A stretch of DNA of 64,000 nucleotides. Origin: Bacteroidales bacterium (GTDB lineage: Bacteria > Bacteroidota > Bacteroidia > Bacteroidales > VadinHA17). The stretch's first letter is position 1, and the number at the start of each line of letters is the position of its first letter. Below, piece by piece: positions 50,203 through 61,428 of the stretch. The DNA is taken from assembly GCA_029210565.1 (NCBI GenBank), contig JARGFQ010000002.1, forward strand, positions 89,246 to 153,245, read 5' to 3'. The position numbers and the translations under genes were made by a program. The notes below the pieces were generated by a model. That model was given only the letters and a program-made list of their open reading frames with translations. It made no database searches and was not told the origin of the DNA.

Positions 50203-51858
50203 ATGCTGACACTCGACTGGATCGTTCTGGGGGCGTTTGTCCTCGCACTGATTGTCTTCATCGTGCTTGCTGTCAGATCAAAGAGCAAGACATCAAGCGA
50301 CTATTTTCTTGCCGGGCGTGATGCCACCTGGATAGCCATCGGAGCCTCGATCTTTGCTTCCAATATCGGTTCCGAGCATCTTGTGGGGCTGGCAGGCGCA
50401 GGTGCCTCATCCGGTATGGCCATGGCACACTGGGAGATGCACGGCTGGCTCATATTGATTTTGGGCTGGCTCTTTGTGCCTTTCTATGCGCGCAGCGGGG
50501 TATTCACCATGCCCGAGTTCCTTGAGAGGCGCTATAACAAAGCGTCACGGTCGGTACTCTCAATAATATCTCTTGTCAGTTATGTTCTGACGAAGGTGGC
50601 AGTCACCGTCTATGCCGGCGGAGTGGTATTCAAGGATGTCTTCGGCATAGAGTCGATGTGGGGCATTGATTTCTTCTGGATCAGTGCCATCGGGCTGGTA
50701 GTCATCACCGGCATCTACACTGCACTGGGGGGTATGAGGGCAGTGTTGTGGACCTCGGTACTGCAGACGCCGATCCTGCTTGCCGGTTCAATAGCAGTCC
50801 TGATTGCCGGCCTGATCAAGGTTGGAGGATGGGATGAGCTGATGCATATATGCCGTGCCGTACCCGTAAACGAATATGGTGACACCATGACCCAGCTTAT
50901 CAGGTCGCCCAAGGATCCTACATTCCCGTGGACCGGTGTGCTGCTCGGCTCTGCCATCATCGGATTCTGGTACTGGTGTACTGACCAGTACATCGTTCAG
51001 CGTGTCCTTTCGGGGCGCGATCAGACACAGGCACGTCGCGGAGCTATCTTCGGCGGTTTCCTGAAGCTGACACCTGTCTTTATCTTCCTCATCCCCGGCA
51101 TGATAGCATATGCCCTTGATCAGCAGGGAGTCATTCATCTTACCAGCTCTGACTCGGCATTTTCGACTCTTATCAAGGAGCTGCTCCCTATTGGTTTCAA
51201 AGGACTGGTTGTCGGGGGGATTCTGGCGGCGCTGATGAGTTCGCTGGCATCCCTCTTCAACTCCTCGGCGGCACTATTTACAATCGACTTCTACCAGAAG
51301 TACAAGCCAAAGGCTCCCGAGGCAGAGCTTGTCAGAGTAGGGCGGATAGCCACAGTAGTGGTGGTGATACTGGGGATACTCTGGATACCTGTCATGAGGA
51401 GTATAGGCAAGGTGCTCTATGCATACCTGCAGGATGTTCAGTCTCTGCTGGCCCCCGGCATCGCCGCGGCATTCCTGCTGGGTATACTATCTAAAAAGGT
51501 TACTCCTGCAGCAGGACTGACGGGATTGCTTACCGGGTTCACCATTGGCATGTTCCGCCTTATCTTCACAGTGTTCAAGGGATTTCTGGATGCTGACGGC
51601 GTCATTTACCAGGTCTTCGTAGGCACCAACTGGCTGCATTATGAGATCGTAAACTTTGCTATTGTAATAGTTACAATGATAATTGTGAGCTACTTCACTC
51701 CAAGAATTGCAGAGCATAAGATAGCGGGTCTGTATCTCGGGTCTGCGTCAGCAGAGGAGAAAGCCCTCACACGGGCCAGCTGGAACAAATGGGATGTCAT
51801 CACCTCTGTTGTCATCATTACGGTGATCATTGTATTCTACGCCTATTTTTGGAATTAA
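50203..51858 (+). CDS. Sodium:solute symporter (putative arabinose permease)
   Basis: DYFLAGR, SNIGSEH, TMPEFLERRY, WYWCTDQYIVQR, LAALMSSL. Confidence 0.92.
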   Translation: MLTLDWIVLGAFVLALIVFIVLAVRSKSKTSSDYFLAGRDATWIAIGASIFASNIGSEHLVGLAGAGASSGMAMAHWEMHGWLILILGWLFVPFYARSGVFTMPEFLERRYNKASRSVLSIISLVSYVLTKVAVTVYAGGVVFKDVFGIESMWGIDFFWISAIGLVVITGIYTALGGMRAVLWTSVLQTPILLAGSIAVLIAGLIKVGGWDELMHICRAVPVNEYGDTMTQLIRSPKDPTFPWTGVLLGSAIIGFWYWCTDQYIVQRVLSGRDQTQARRGAIFGGFLKLTPVFIFLIPGMIAYALDQQGVIHLTSSDSAFSTLIKELLPIGFKGLVVGGILAALMSSLASLFNSSAALFTIDFYQKYKPKAPEAELVRVGRIATVVVVILGILWIPVMRSIGKVLYAYLQDVQSLLAPGIAAAFLLGILSKKVTPAAGLTGLLTGFTIGMFRLIFTVFKGFLDADGVIYQVFVGTNWLHYEIVNFAIVIVTMIIVSYFTPRIAEHKIAGLYLGSASAEEKALTRASWNKWDVITSVVIITVIIVFYAYFWN

Positions 51859-51889
51859 GAAATAAAGACTAAATCATATACCATAAGAA

Positions 51890-53374
51890 ATGAAAAGCAA
51901 AAAAGTTGAACTGTGGTTCATCACAGGCAGCCAGCATCTATATGGTGAGGAGACACTGAAGCAGGTCGAATCCGATTCAGGAACCATTGCCAGGGCCCTT
52001 GACAGGTCAGACGACATACCGGTTAATGTCGTTTTCAAGCCGGTGCTGACAACTGCCGACGCCATTACCTCAATCTGTCTGGAAGCCAACAACTCGCCTG
52101 ACTGTGCCGGGCTTATTGCATGGATGCATACTTTTTCGCCTGCAAAGATGTGGATATCAGGGCTAAAAAGACTCCACAAGCCTCTGCTGCATTTCCATAC
52201 GCAGTTTAACCGCGACATACCCTGGTCTGAGATCGATATGGACTTCATGAACCTGAACCAGTCGGCGCACGGCGACCGTGAGTTCGGATACATCTGTTCA
52301 CGCCTGAGGCTTGAGCGCAAGGTTGTTGTGGGTCACTGGCAGGATAAGGAGGTGCTCAGGGCCATTGGAGTATGGTCGCGTGCTGCCATGGCGGCTCTCG
52401 ATGCACGCTCGCTTAAAGTGGCGCGGTTTGGCGATAACATGAGGGATGTGGCTGTCACTGAGGGAAATAAGGTTTCTGCGCAGCTTCAGCTTGAATACCA
52501 GGTACACGGCTTTGGTGTGGGTGACCTTGCTGATGCAGTCAGCAAGGTATCGGATAAACAGGTCAACGCATTGGTCAAAGAGTACGGTGATGAGTACAAT
52601 GCACCGGCAAAAGTCCTTTCCGAACCTGCAATCAGGGAGGCAGCCAGGATTGAGGCCGGCATGCGCGCTTTCCTTGAGAAGGGAGGCTTCAAGGCTTTCA
52701 CCACCACCTTTGAGGACCTGCACGGGCTGGTTCAGTTACCCGGACTGGCTGTACAGAGGCTCATGGCTGACGGTTACGGTTTCGGCGCCGAGGGCGACTG
52801 GAAGACGGCAGCCCTGTTGCGTTCAATGAAGGTCATGGCAGCGGGGCTTAAGGGCGGAACCTCTTTCATGGAAGATTATACCTATCATCTCGATCCAAAA
52901 AATATGGCTGTCCTTGGAGCTCACATGCTCGAGGTATGTCCCTCCATTGCCAGGGGCAAACCGACTCTCGAGGTGCACCCTCTCGGAATAGGCGGCAAGG
53001 CAGATCCGGCGCGACTGATCTTCAGAACAGGCACCGGCAATGCCATTGTAGCATCAATGGTCCAGATGGGCGACCGCTTTAGGCTCATCGTCAACTCCAT
53101 GAAGGTGGTCGAGTGCCCTCCTATGCCAAAACTGCCGGTGGCAAGTGTTTTGTGGAAGCCCGATCCTGACCTGAAAACTGCAGCAACAGCATGGATCTAT
53201 GCCGGGGGAGCGCATCATACCGGGTTCAGCCAGGCACTTACTGCAGAGCATATTGCTGACTTCGCCTCAATGACAGGCACGGAGTTCGTGCTTATTGACG
53301 GCAGGTGTGACATTGAGCAGTTTAAAAAAGAACTGAGGTGGAATGACATTTACTATCATCTGAACATGGGATGA
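51890..53374 (+). CDS. araA: L-arabinose isomerase
   Basis: [51 protein letters not shown]. Confidence 0.97.
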   Translation: MKSKKVELWFITGSQHLYGEETLKQVESDSGTIARALDRSDDIPVNVVFKPVLTTADAITSICLEANNSPDCAGLIAWMHTFSPAKMWISGLKRLHKPLLHFHTQFNRDIPWSEIDMDFMNLNQSAHGDREFGYICSRLRLERKVVVGHWQDKEVLRAIGVWSRAAMAALDARSLKVARFGDNMRDVAVTEGNKVSAQLQLEYQVHGFGVGDLADAVSKVSDKQVNALVKEYGDEYNAPAKVLSEPAIREAARIEAGMRAFLEKGGFKAFTTTFEDLHGLVQLPGLAVQRLMADGYGFGAEGDWKTAALLRSMKVMAAGLKGGTSFMEDYTYHLDPKNMAVLGAHMLEVCPSIARGKPTLEVHPLGIGGKADPARLIFRTGTGNAIVASMVQMGDRFRLIVNSMKVVECPPMPKLPVASVLWKPDPDLKTAATAWIYAGGAHHTGFSQALTAEHIADFASMTGTEFVLIDGRCDIEQFKKELRWNDIYYHLNMG

Positions 53375-54078
53375 AGATCCATTTATATTCCAGGCATCCA
53401 AGGCATTATCTTGCTGTAGACTGCATAATCTTCGGATATGATATCACGGAGAAGGAGCTCAAATTGCTTCTGATAAAGAGGAGCTTTGAGCCGGCTCTGG
53501 GTCAGTGGTCGCTTGCAGGAGGCTTTGTGCAGGAGGAAGAGAGCCTTGACGATGCTGCATGCAGGGTGCTCTGCAGCCTGACAGGTCTCTCTGACCTGTA
53601 CATGGAACAGCTCTACACATATGGCGAGACAGATCGTGACCCGGGCGCCAGGGTGATATCAACAGCTTACTTCGCACTCATCGGCATACATGACCTGGAC
53701 CCTGAGATAAGAAGGAAGAACGGAGCCCACTGGAGATCGATATCAAACCTCCCGGAACTGATCTTTGATCATCATAAAATGGTTGACAGGGCTCTCAAGG
53801 AACTGGTGGAGAAAGTAAAGGTGAGACCGATAGGCTTTGAGCTTCTTCCCGAAAAATTTACCCTTGTGCAGCTCCAGAACCTTTATGAAGCCATTTACCT
53901 GAGGCCGATAGATAAACGTAATTTCAGGAAGAAGATCCTGTCTATGGAGCTCCTTGAGAAACAGGAAGAGAAGGAGAAAGAGACATCAAAGAAGGGGGCC
54001 TGGTATTACAGGTTCAACGAAGCCAAATACAAGGAGCTGGCCAGAAACGGCTTCTTTTTCAACCTTGCCGTTAGCTGA
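53371..54078 (+). CDS. araR: NrtR-family (NUDIX plus wHTH) regulator AraR
   Basis: [36 protein letters not shown]. Lies inside the ara operon. Confidence 0.85.
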   Translation: MKIHLYSRHPRHYLAVDCIIFGYDITEKELKLLLIKRSFEPALGQWSLAGGFVQEEESLDDAACRVLCSLTGLSDLYMEQLYTYGETDRDPGARVISTAYFALIGIHDLDPEIRRKNGAHWRSISNLPELIFDHHKMVDRALKELVEKVKVRPIGFELLPEKFTLVQLQNLYEAIYLRPIDKRNFRKKILSMELLEKQEEKEKETSKKGAWYYRFNEAKYKELARNGFFFNLAVS

Positions 54079-54122
54079 GTGAGTGGCTTTAACGGCGGGC
54101 ATAACACTCAAACAACAGCATC

Positions 54123-54812
54123 ATGCTCGAAAAACTTAAGGAGGATGTGTACAGGGCTAACCTTGAACTGGTAAAGCACGGACTGGTGATAATGACTTTC
54201 GGAAATGTCAGCGGGTTTGACAGGGATTCGGGATTGGTGGTCATCAAGCCATCGGGTGTAGCCTACAGTGAGATGACAGTCAATGACATGGTGGTCACTG
54301 ATATCGACGGGAATGTTGTGGAGGGAACCTTAAACCCTTCAACAGATACGCCCACCCACCTTGCCCTTTACAGGTCGTTCCCGGAGCTGGGAGGTGTTGT
54401 TCACACCCACTCGACCCACGCCACAGCATGGGCCCAGGCCGGCAGGGCGATACCCTGCCTGGGCACAACCCACGCCGACTATTTTTACGGTCCGGTGCCG
54501 GTGACCAGGAGGCTTACAGCCGGGGAAACGGAGACAGACTATGAGTATAATACGGGTCTGGTGATAGCGGAAGCAGTTGCAGGCAGGGATCCCTTGTCCA
54601 TGCCTGCCGTGCTTGTCAATTCACACGGTCCTTTCACATGGGGTGTCACACCGGCCATCGCCGTCCATAATGCCGTTATTCTGGAAGAGGTGGCCCGGAT
54701 GGCGCTCCTCTCTGTAAGCCTGGCCCCGCCGCAGGAGATCGACAGTCACCTACTGGACAAGCATTATCTGCGGAAGCACGGAAAGAATGCCTATTACGGT
54801 CAGAAAAAATAA
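54123..54812 (+). CDS. araD: L-ribulose-5-phosphate 4-epimerase
   Basis: [40 protein letters not shown]. Confidence 0.96.
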   Translation: MLEKLKEDVYRANLELVKHGLVIMTFGNVSGFDRDSGLVVIKPSGVAYSEMTVNDMVVTDIDGNVVEGTLNPSTDTPTHLALYRSFPELGGVVHTHSTHATAWAQAGRAIPCLGTTHADYFYGPVPVTRRLTAGETETDYEYNTGLVIAEAVAGRDPLSMPAVLVNSHGPFTWGVTPAIAVHNAVILEEVARMALLSVSLAPPQEIDSHLLDKHYLRKHGKNAYYGQKK

Positions 54813-54831
54813 TTTATTAAAGACAAATCAT

Positions 54832-56499
54832 ATGCATAAATATTCAATAGGTGTAGATTTCGGGACGCTATCGGGCAGAGCCGTTCTGGTTGATACGACT
54901 ACCGGAGAAGAGGTAGCTGTTGCCGTTCATGACTATTCTCACGGGGTGATGGATGAGAAGCTCCCTGACGGCACTCCTCTGGGTGTCGACTGGGCCCTTC
55001 AGCACCCGCAGGATTATCTTGATGTGTTCCGCGTTACCGTTCCGGCTGTGATGAAGATGGCCTCGGTGGTTCCGGAACAGATAGCGGGCCTGGGGATCGA
55101 CTTTACGGCCTGTACCATGCTGCCGGTGACGGCCGGCGGCACTCCGCTCTGTTTCATGGATGAATTTAAAAGCAGGCCCAATGCCTGGGTGAAACTCTGG
55201 AAGCACCATGCCGCCCAGGATGAGGCCAACAGGCTCAATGCAATAGCCGCAGAGAGAGGTGAGAAGTTCCTCAGCCGCTACGGAGGCAAGATATCATCCG
55301 AATGGCTGATACCAAAGATATGGCAGACGGTTAATGAGGATCCAGGGATATACGATGCCGCCGCACGTTTCATAGAAGCTGCCGACTGGGTTGTATGGCA
55401 GCTGACCGGCGGGGAGACACGTAATACCTGTACCGCCGGGTATAAGGCGATATGGCACAAACATTACGGCTATCCTTCCGGTGACTTTTTCAAAGCCCTG
55501 CACCCCGGGATGGAGAATCTCGTTGATGAAAAGCTGTCGCGTAATCTCCTGCCTGTCGGAACAAAGGCAGGCGTAATCTCTCCTGCCGCGTCAAAGCTTA
55601 CGGGGCTGAAAGAAGGAATAGCCGTGGCTGTCGCCAACGTTGACGCTCATGTTTCTATCCCTGCAGTGGGCATTACATCCTCCGGGAAAATGCTGGCAAT
55701 AATAGGCACCTCAACATGTCATATGCTTTTAGGCGATACAGAGAAGGAGGTGCCGGGCATGTGCGGCGTGGTTGAAGACGGCATCATTGAAGGATTCTTT
55801 GGTTATGAGGCGGGTCAGAGCTGTGTGGGAGATCACTTCCAGTGGTTCGTCGAAAATTGCACTCCTGCAGAATACAGGGCTGAGGCAGACAAGAGGGGCA
55901 TTGATCTTCATGCTTTGCTTACGGAAAAGGCTGCATTGCTGAAGCCGGGAGAGAGCGGGCTGGTAGCCCTCGACTGGTGGAACGGTAACAGGTCGGTGCT
56001 GGTTGATGTTGACCTCACCGGCATGATAGTGGGGATGTCGCTGACAACAAGGCCCGAGGAGATCTATCGTGCACTCATTGAAGCCACGGCCTATGGCACA
56101 AGGATGATCATCGATACCTTCGAAGAGAATGGCGTGCCGGTAGAGGAGTTCTATGCTGCCGGAGGCATTGCCGAAAAGAACCCGTTTGTGATGCAGATCT
56201 ATGCCGATGTCATCAACAGGGAGATAAAGATCTCCGGATCAACGCAGGCGCCTGCACTGGGCTCGGCAATGTTCGGCGCCGTGGCTGCGGGAAGGGCAGC
56301 CGGCGGTTTTGACACCATACAGGAGGCTGCCGCCGTCATGGCAAAGGTCAAGGATTACTCCTACAGGCCGGTGGCTGAAAATGCGCGGACCTATGACAGG
56401 CTGTTTGCCGAATACCGGGAAATACATGATTATTTTGGCCGTGGGGCCAATGATGTCATGAAGCGGCTGAAACAGATCAAAAAGGAGGCCAGAAAATGA
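54832..56499 (+). CDS. araB: Ribulokinase (FGGY family)
   Basis: [43 protein letters not shown]. Confidence 0.93.
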   Translation: MHKYSIGVDFGTLSGRAVLVDTTTGEEVAVAVHDYSHGVMDEKLPDGTPLGVDWALQHPQDYLDVFRVTVPAVMKMASVVPEQIAGLGIDFTACTMLPVTAGGTPLCFMDEFKSRPNAWVKLWKHHAAQDEANRLNAIAAERGEKFLSRYGGKISSEWLIPKIWQTVNEDPGIYDAAARFIEAADWVVWQLTGGETRNTCTAGYKAIWHKHYGYPSGDFFKALHPGMENLVDEKLSRNLLPVGTKAGVISPAASKLTGLKEGIAVAVANVDAHVSIPAVGITSSGKMLAIIGTSTCHMLLGDTEKEVPGMCGVVEDGIIEGFFGYEAGQSCVGDHFQWFVENCTPAEYRAEADKRGIDLHALLTEKAALLKPGESGLVALDWWNGNRSVLVDVDLTGMIVGMSLTTRPEEIYRALIEATAYGTRMIIDTFEENGVPVEEFYAAGGIAEKNPFVMQIYADVINREIKISGSTQAPALGSAMFGAVAAGRAAGGFDTIQEAAAVMAKVKDYSYRPVAENARTYDRLFAEYREIHDYFGRGANDVMKRLKQIKKEARK

Positions 56500-58463
56500 A
56501 GACAGGATTTTTGCCCTGCGTGATGGCAGTACTTTTACTGGGCTCCTGCGCTGGCAGGGCCGGGGAGGAGAAACCGGAGCAATGGCTTAATACTCCTGCC
56601 TTCATTGATGTGATGATCAGCGACGGATTCTGGTCGCCCATGATCGAACGCAACAGGGTGAAGACCATACCTTATGTCTTCAGGCAGTGTGAGCTTACGG
56701 GACGCATAGACAACTTCGCCGTTGCCGGGGGACTGAAGAAGGGGAAACACACGGGTGCGAGGTACAACGACTCTGACGTGTTCAAGATCATTGAGGGAGC
56801 CTGTTACTCGCTGATGGAGACCCCTGACCCTGAGCTTCGCGGGTATGTCGACAGCCTGATCACGCTGATCGCCGCTGCACAGGAGGATGACGGCTATCTT
56901 TATACCACCCGTACCATTGACCCTGTCAACATGGCTCCCGGGGCAGGGAGTGAGAGATGGATCGACGAGCGCGTGAGCCATGAGTTATATAACGTTGGAC
57001 ACATGTATGAGGCGGCTGTGGCCCATCACCAGGCGACAGGATCCCGAACCTTCCTCGACGTTGCACTGAAGAATGCCGAACTGATCTACCGGGAGTTCGG
57101 ATGGGGCAGGAGGGAGATTGCCCCCGGCCACCAGGAGATTGAGATCGGGCTGATAAAACTGCACAGGCTGACAGGCGACAGGCGGTGGCTTGAGCTGGCC
57201 CAGTTCTTTATTGACGTGCGTGGCAGGCCCGGCGAATATATACGTCATCCCGACACGAGCAGGTTCAGGGTCTACAACGACTCTGTCTACCTGCAGATGC
57301 ACATGCCGGTGATGGAGCAGACCGAAGCCGTTGGCCATGCTGTCAGGGGAGGATACATGTGTGCTGCAATGGCTGACCTCTCGGAAGCCACGGGATACAA
57401 CCGCTATCTCGAGGCGTCGCAAAGGATATGGGAAGATGTCACGCAGAAAAAGATATACATCACCGGCGGCATAGGCTCAAAAGAGTACGGTGAAGCTTTC
57501 GGTGAGCCCTATGAGCTTCCGAACATGGAGGCTTATACCGAGACCTGCGCATCGGTTGCCAATGTGTTCTGGAACCACCGGCTCTACAGGGCTACGGGTG
57601 ATGCAAAGTACCTTGACGTGCTTGAGCGTACTCTTTATAACGGGCTGATATCAGGCATAAGCAACGACGGCTGTCATTTTTTCTATACCAACCCTCTTGA
57701 GTCGGACGGCAGCTTTGAGCGTGCCGGGTGGTTCGACTGCTCATGCTGCCCAGTAAACGTCGCCCGCTTCATGCCGGCACTGAAGCAATATGTCTGGTCG
57801 ATATCGGACGACGGCATAAACGTGAACCTCTTTATCAGCTCGGAAGCCAGGGTGGCTGCCGGTGCCGGGGAGATAACCCTGAGGCAGGAGACGGAATACC
57901 CATGGAAGGGCGATGTAAGAATAGAGGTTGATCCTGACAGCGACGGAAACAGGTTCAGCCTGCGCGTGCGCATACCGGCATGGACCGGCGATGAGCCTTT
58001 TGAAGGCGGGCTGTACAGGTATCTGACACCGGAGGAAGGCAAGGTGCAGATAACGGTGAACGGCAAGAAAACTGCTGTCAGGCCTGACGACGGTTTTGCG
58101 GTCATTGAGAGAAGATGGAACAGAGGAGATGTTGTGGAGGTTGTTTTGCCCATGGTGCCCCGGTTCATCACGGCACGGGAAGAGGTGAAGACCGACAGCG
58201 GAAGGGTGGCACTGGGATACGGTCCGCTGGTATACTGCCTGGAGGAGGCAGACAACGGCCCGGTCAGGGAACTGACCGTGAAGCCTGATGCGGATATTGA
58301 ATTCACATATGTGCCTGAGCTGCCAGGTGGAGTCGGTACCCTCACCTTTACGGCAATAACACCTGAGGGAATGGAGCAGAAGGTAAAGGCCGTTCCCTAC
58401 TATTCGTGGAACAACAGGGGCAGTGGCGAGATGACTGTCTGGATGAAAACGAAAAAACAGTAA
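56496..58463 (+). CDS. GH127 beta-L-arabinofuranosidase (lipoprotein)
   Basis: [44 protein letters not shown]. Confidence 0.92.
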   Translation: MKTGFLPCVMAVLLLGSCAGRAGEEKPEQWLNTPAFIDVMISDGFWSPMIERNRVKTIPYVFRQCELTGRIDNFAVAGGLKKGKHTGARYNDSDVFKIIEGACYSLMETPDPELRGYVDSLITLIAAAQEDDGYLYTTRTIDPVNMAPGAGSERWIDERVSHELYNVGHMYEAAVAHHQATGSRTFLDVALKNAELIYREFGWGRREIAPGHQEIEIGLIKLHRLTGDRRWLELAQFFIDVRGRPGEYIRHPDTSRFRVYNDSVYLQMHMPVMEQTEAVGHAVRGGYMCAAMADLSEATGYNRYLEASQRIWEDVTQKKIYITGGIGSKEYGEAFGEPYELPNMEAYTETCASVANVFWNHRLYRATGDAKYLDVLERTLYNGLISGISNDGCHFFYTNPLESDGSFERAGWFDCSCCPVNVARFMPALKQYVWSISDDGINVNLFISSEARVAAGAGEITLRQETEYPWKGDVRIEVDPDSDGNRFSLRVRIPAWTGDEPFEGGLYRYLTPEEGKVQITVNGKKTAVRPDDGFAVIERRWNRGDVVEVVLPMVPRFITAREEVKTDSGRVALGYGPLVYCLEEADNGPVRELTVKPDADIEFTYVPELPGGVGTLTFTAITPEGMEQKVKAVPYYSWNNRGSGEMTVWMKTKKQ

Positions 58464-58466
58464 ACG

Positions 58467-60434
58467 ATGCAAAAAACAGGAAGAATTTTCATTGCGGCGG
58501 CTATAGTGCTGATGGTCGCGTCATCATGCAGCCGCAAGATGGCAGATGATAACTACCCTATCCGGCCAGTGCCCTTCACCTCGGTGAAGATGACAGATAA
58601 CTTCTGGGCACCGCGTATCCGGAAAAATCATGAGGTAACCATAACCATTGCCTTCGGGTACTGCGAGTCAACCGGCAGGGTGAAGAACTTCGAGATAGCC
58701 GGCGGTCTTGATACCGGGGCGTTTCAGACAATATACCCGTTTGACGACTCCGATGTCACGAAGATCATAGAGGGCGCAGCCTATTCATTGCAGACATTTC
58801 CCGATCCTGAACTGGAGGCGAATGTGGACTCGCTGATATGGAAGATCGGCCTCGCCCAGGAGGATGACGGATATCTCTATACAAACCGCACCATTGCGGA
58901 GATGGGCTTTGGTAAGATCCACGAATGGGCAGAGGGAGAGAGATGGGGCAGGACCAACATTCTCAGCCATGAGCTTTATAACCTGGGGCACATGTACGAG
59001 GCAGCCGTGGCATACTATCAGGCAACAGGCAAGAGGGAACTGCTTGACATCTCCCTTAAGTCGGCTGATCTGGCAGACAAGGATTTCGGCTTGGATGCCT
59101 TTGTGAGCTATCCGGGTCACCAGGTGATTGAGATGGGCCTGGTCAAACTGTACAGGGTGACAGGCGAAAGGAGATATCTTGACCTTGCCAAATTTTTTCT
59201 CGATGCACGCGGTACCAGTGAAGACGGTGATGAATATGCTCAGAGCCACATGAAGGTGGTGGACCAGACTGAGGCTGTGGGCCATTCTGTGCGAGCAACA
59301 TATATGTACTCAGGCATGGCTGACGTGGCTTCCATCCTCAAGGATGAGGAGTATGTCAATGCCATTACCAGGATATGGGAGGACCTGGTCCACCGCAAGA
59401 TGTACATCACCGGTGGCATCGGTGCGAGCGGCGGCAACGAGGGCTTTGCCGAACCGTACCATCTCCCGAACATGACGGCATACTGTGAGACATGCGCATC
59501 GATAGGCAGTATCTTCTTCAACCACAGGATGTTCTCGATGCACGGTGAGGGCAGGTACTTTGACATCCTGGAAAAGACACTTTACAACGGGGCTCTCTCC
59601 GGGGTCAGCCTCTCAGGCGACAGGTTCTTCTATCCCAATCCCCTCGAGTCCGACGGCCGGCATGAGAGGTCACCGTGGTTTGGCTGTGCATGCTGCCCGT
59701 CAAACATATGCCGGTTCATCCCGGCCATACCGGGTTATATCTATTCTGTTACCGACGATGACCTCTACGTTAACCTCTTTGCCTCAAACGAGGCTGGGAT
59801 AAGCATTGGCAAAAACATTGTGACCGTCACCCAACAGACCGACTACCCCTGGGACGGAAAGGTGACCATGACGGTAAGCCCGGAGAAGGAGGGGAAGTTC
59901 GCGTTGCATATCCGCATTCCGGGCTGGGCCCGCAATGAGGCTATACCCGGGGGACTGTACCGGTTTGGTGACAGTGTGGCTGAAGAGTACTCGCTGCTGG
60001 TTAACGGGGAGGCTCCGGAGAGCGACATGATTGACGGCTATGTCACAGTTACACGGAAATGGGAAAAAGGCGACAGGGTGGAACTCTATCTCCCCATGCC
60101 TGTCAGAACTGTTGTTGCAGATGAGAGGGTCAGGGAAGACGAGGGTAAGTATGCCGTGCAGAGGGGACCGCTGATGTTCTGTGCCGAGTGGCCTGACAAC
60201 GCCGGAGGTCATGTGCTGGGACTGGTGGTGGATGAGAAGCCTGAGTTTACAACTGAATTCAGGGCTGATCTGCTTAACGGCACGCAGGTGATTTCCACAA
60301 AGGCCAGACAGGCGACAGGAGACCTTGACGGAACGGCTTCACCGGGCGATTATAATGAACTGATGCTGATTCCTTATCACCTGTGGAACAATCGTGGCCC
60401 CGGTGAAATGAAGATATGGCTTCCCTACAGATAG
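58467..60434 (+). CDS. GH127 beta-L-arabinofuranosidase, tandem paralogue (lipoprotein)
   Basis: DSDVTK, HELYNLGH, GHSVR, YCETCAS, CACCP, WNNRG. Confidence 0.92.
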   Translation: MQKTGRIFIAAAIVLMVASSCSRKMADDNYPIRPVPFTSVKMTDNFWAPRIRKNHEVTITIAFGYCESTGRVKNFEIAGGLDTGAFQTIYPFDDSDVTKIIEGAAYSLQTFPDPELEANVDSLIWKIGLAQEDDGYLYTNRTIAEMGFGKIHEWAEGERWGRTNILSHELYNLGHMYEAAVAYYQATGKRELLDISLKSADLADKDFGLDAFVSYPGHQVIEMGLVKLYRVTGERRYLDLAKFFLDARGTSEDGDEYAQSHMKVVDQTEAVGHSVRATYMYSGMADVASILKDEEYVNAITRIWEDLVHRKMYITGGIGASGGNEGFAEPYHLPNMTAYCETCASIGSIFFNHRMFSMHGEGRYFDILEKTLYNGALSGVSLSGDRFFYPNPLESDGRHERSPWFGCACCPSNICRFIPAIPGYIYSVTDDDLYVNLFASNEAGISIGKNIVTVTQQTDYPWDGKVTMTVSPEKEGKFALHIRIPGWARNEAIPGGLYRFGDSVAEEYSLLVNGEAPESDMIDGYVTVTRKWEKGDRVELYLPMPVRTVVADERVREDEGKYAVQRGPLMFCAEWPDNAGGHVLGLVVDEKPEFTTEFRADLLNGTQVISTKARQATGDLDGTASPGDYNELMLIPYHLWNNRGPGEMKIWLPYR

Positions 60435-60686
60435 ATGAGCGCCATGCCGACACCCGCAACCGCTATCGCTCATACGTCCACTGTGACGGGAAGCATGCAT
60501 AACAGGGCCCTCACAGCCATCAATGACCAGGCTGAAACCGCAAACTCAACAAGGAGTTTTCATCGGGAACAGATGAAGCAGTTATTGAATGATAACTAAT
60601 TATAGCGTTATTTAAATCGTTTGCAAAAAACTTATGCAAAATAATGCCCATGTAAAAAATTATGCATAAATTGCATAAGAAAGAAC

Positions 60687-60770
60687 AAGTGTATATTTTA
60701 CATTAATTAAAATTTATATTTAATTTTGTAAGGTATTTTTCCTGTTTAAAGAAGTGTAAAATTTACACGT
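60687..60770 (+). promoter_or_regulatory. Two putative AraR operators upstream of the PUL
   Basis: AAGTGTATATTTTACATTA (60687-60705) and AAGTGTAAAATTTACACGT (60752-60770). Confidence 0.65.
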
Positions 60771-60873
60771 ATGTGGTGGTGGAGTTAGGAGTATTGTCTT
60801 ATCAGTAAGATGCGTATAATGCAAAAATATCACAGAAATAACACCCTGATTATTCTAACCAACCTCATTCAAA

Positions 60874-61368
60874 ATGAAACCAGACTTTATCACAAATGTG
60901 CGTTTGCATGCCTGGATGTGTCTGTTTGCCCTTTTTCCCCTTGCGGTAGCGGGCCAGCAGCTGACCATCGCGGGCACTGTTGTTGATGAATATGGCGAGA
61001 CTCTTTCCGGTGTGACCCTTGTCACAGAGGGGACCACCGGGGGGGTATCGACTGACATCAACGGAAAGTACACTATTAATGCTCCGCCCGGAGATGTGCC
61101 GGTGTTCTCATCCGCAGGGATGAACTCCCGGGCCATCACTGTGGGGACGCAGACGGTAATCAACGTCACCCTGACCGGAACAACTGCGGAGATAAAATCC
61201 GTATCAGTCGTCGGTTACGGTGTAAAGAAAAAGGAGACGGTCGTCGGAGCTGTCTCGCAGATCCCGGGAGAGAGGCTGATGGATATTAAGACGGGCGGCG
61301 CCCCGATGGGCAGTAACTCACCTCTGATCTTTACTGACAGGTACCATAAAGTCATTTTCAGGGCTTGA
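60874..61368 (+). pseudogene. Truncated SusC/RagA gene (N-terminal carboxypeptidase-like domain only)
   Basis: GTVVDEYGETLSGV...STDINGKY...VVGYGVKKKETVVGAVS, then stops at 164 aa with no plug or barrel. Confidence 0.8.
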
Positions 61369-61428
61369 GGTTCGAAGGCAACCATGGTACAGGAGTCATA
61401 TTATACAAAAGAACTAAACTGATGATCT

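Noticed and set aside
60623-60639. 17-bp reverse-complement match to 15943-15959
   Set aside because: AT-rich and of a length that can arise by chance in a 64-kb self-comparison. The rest of the repeat is absent.
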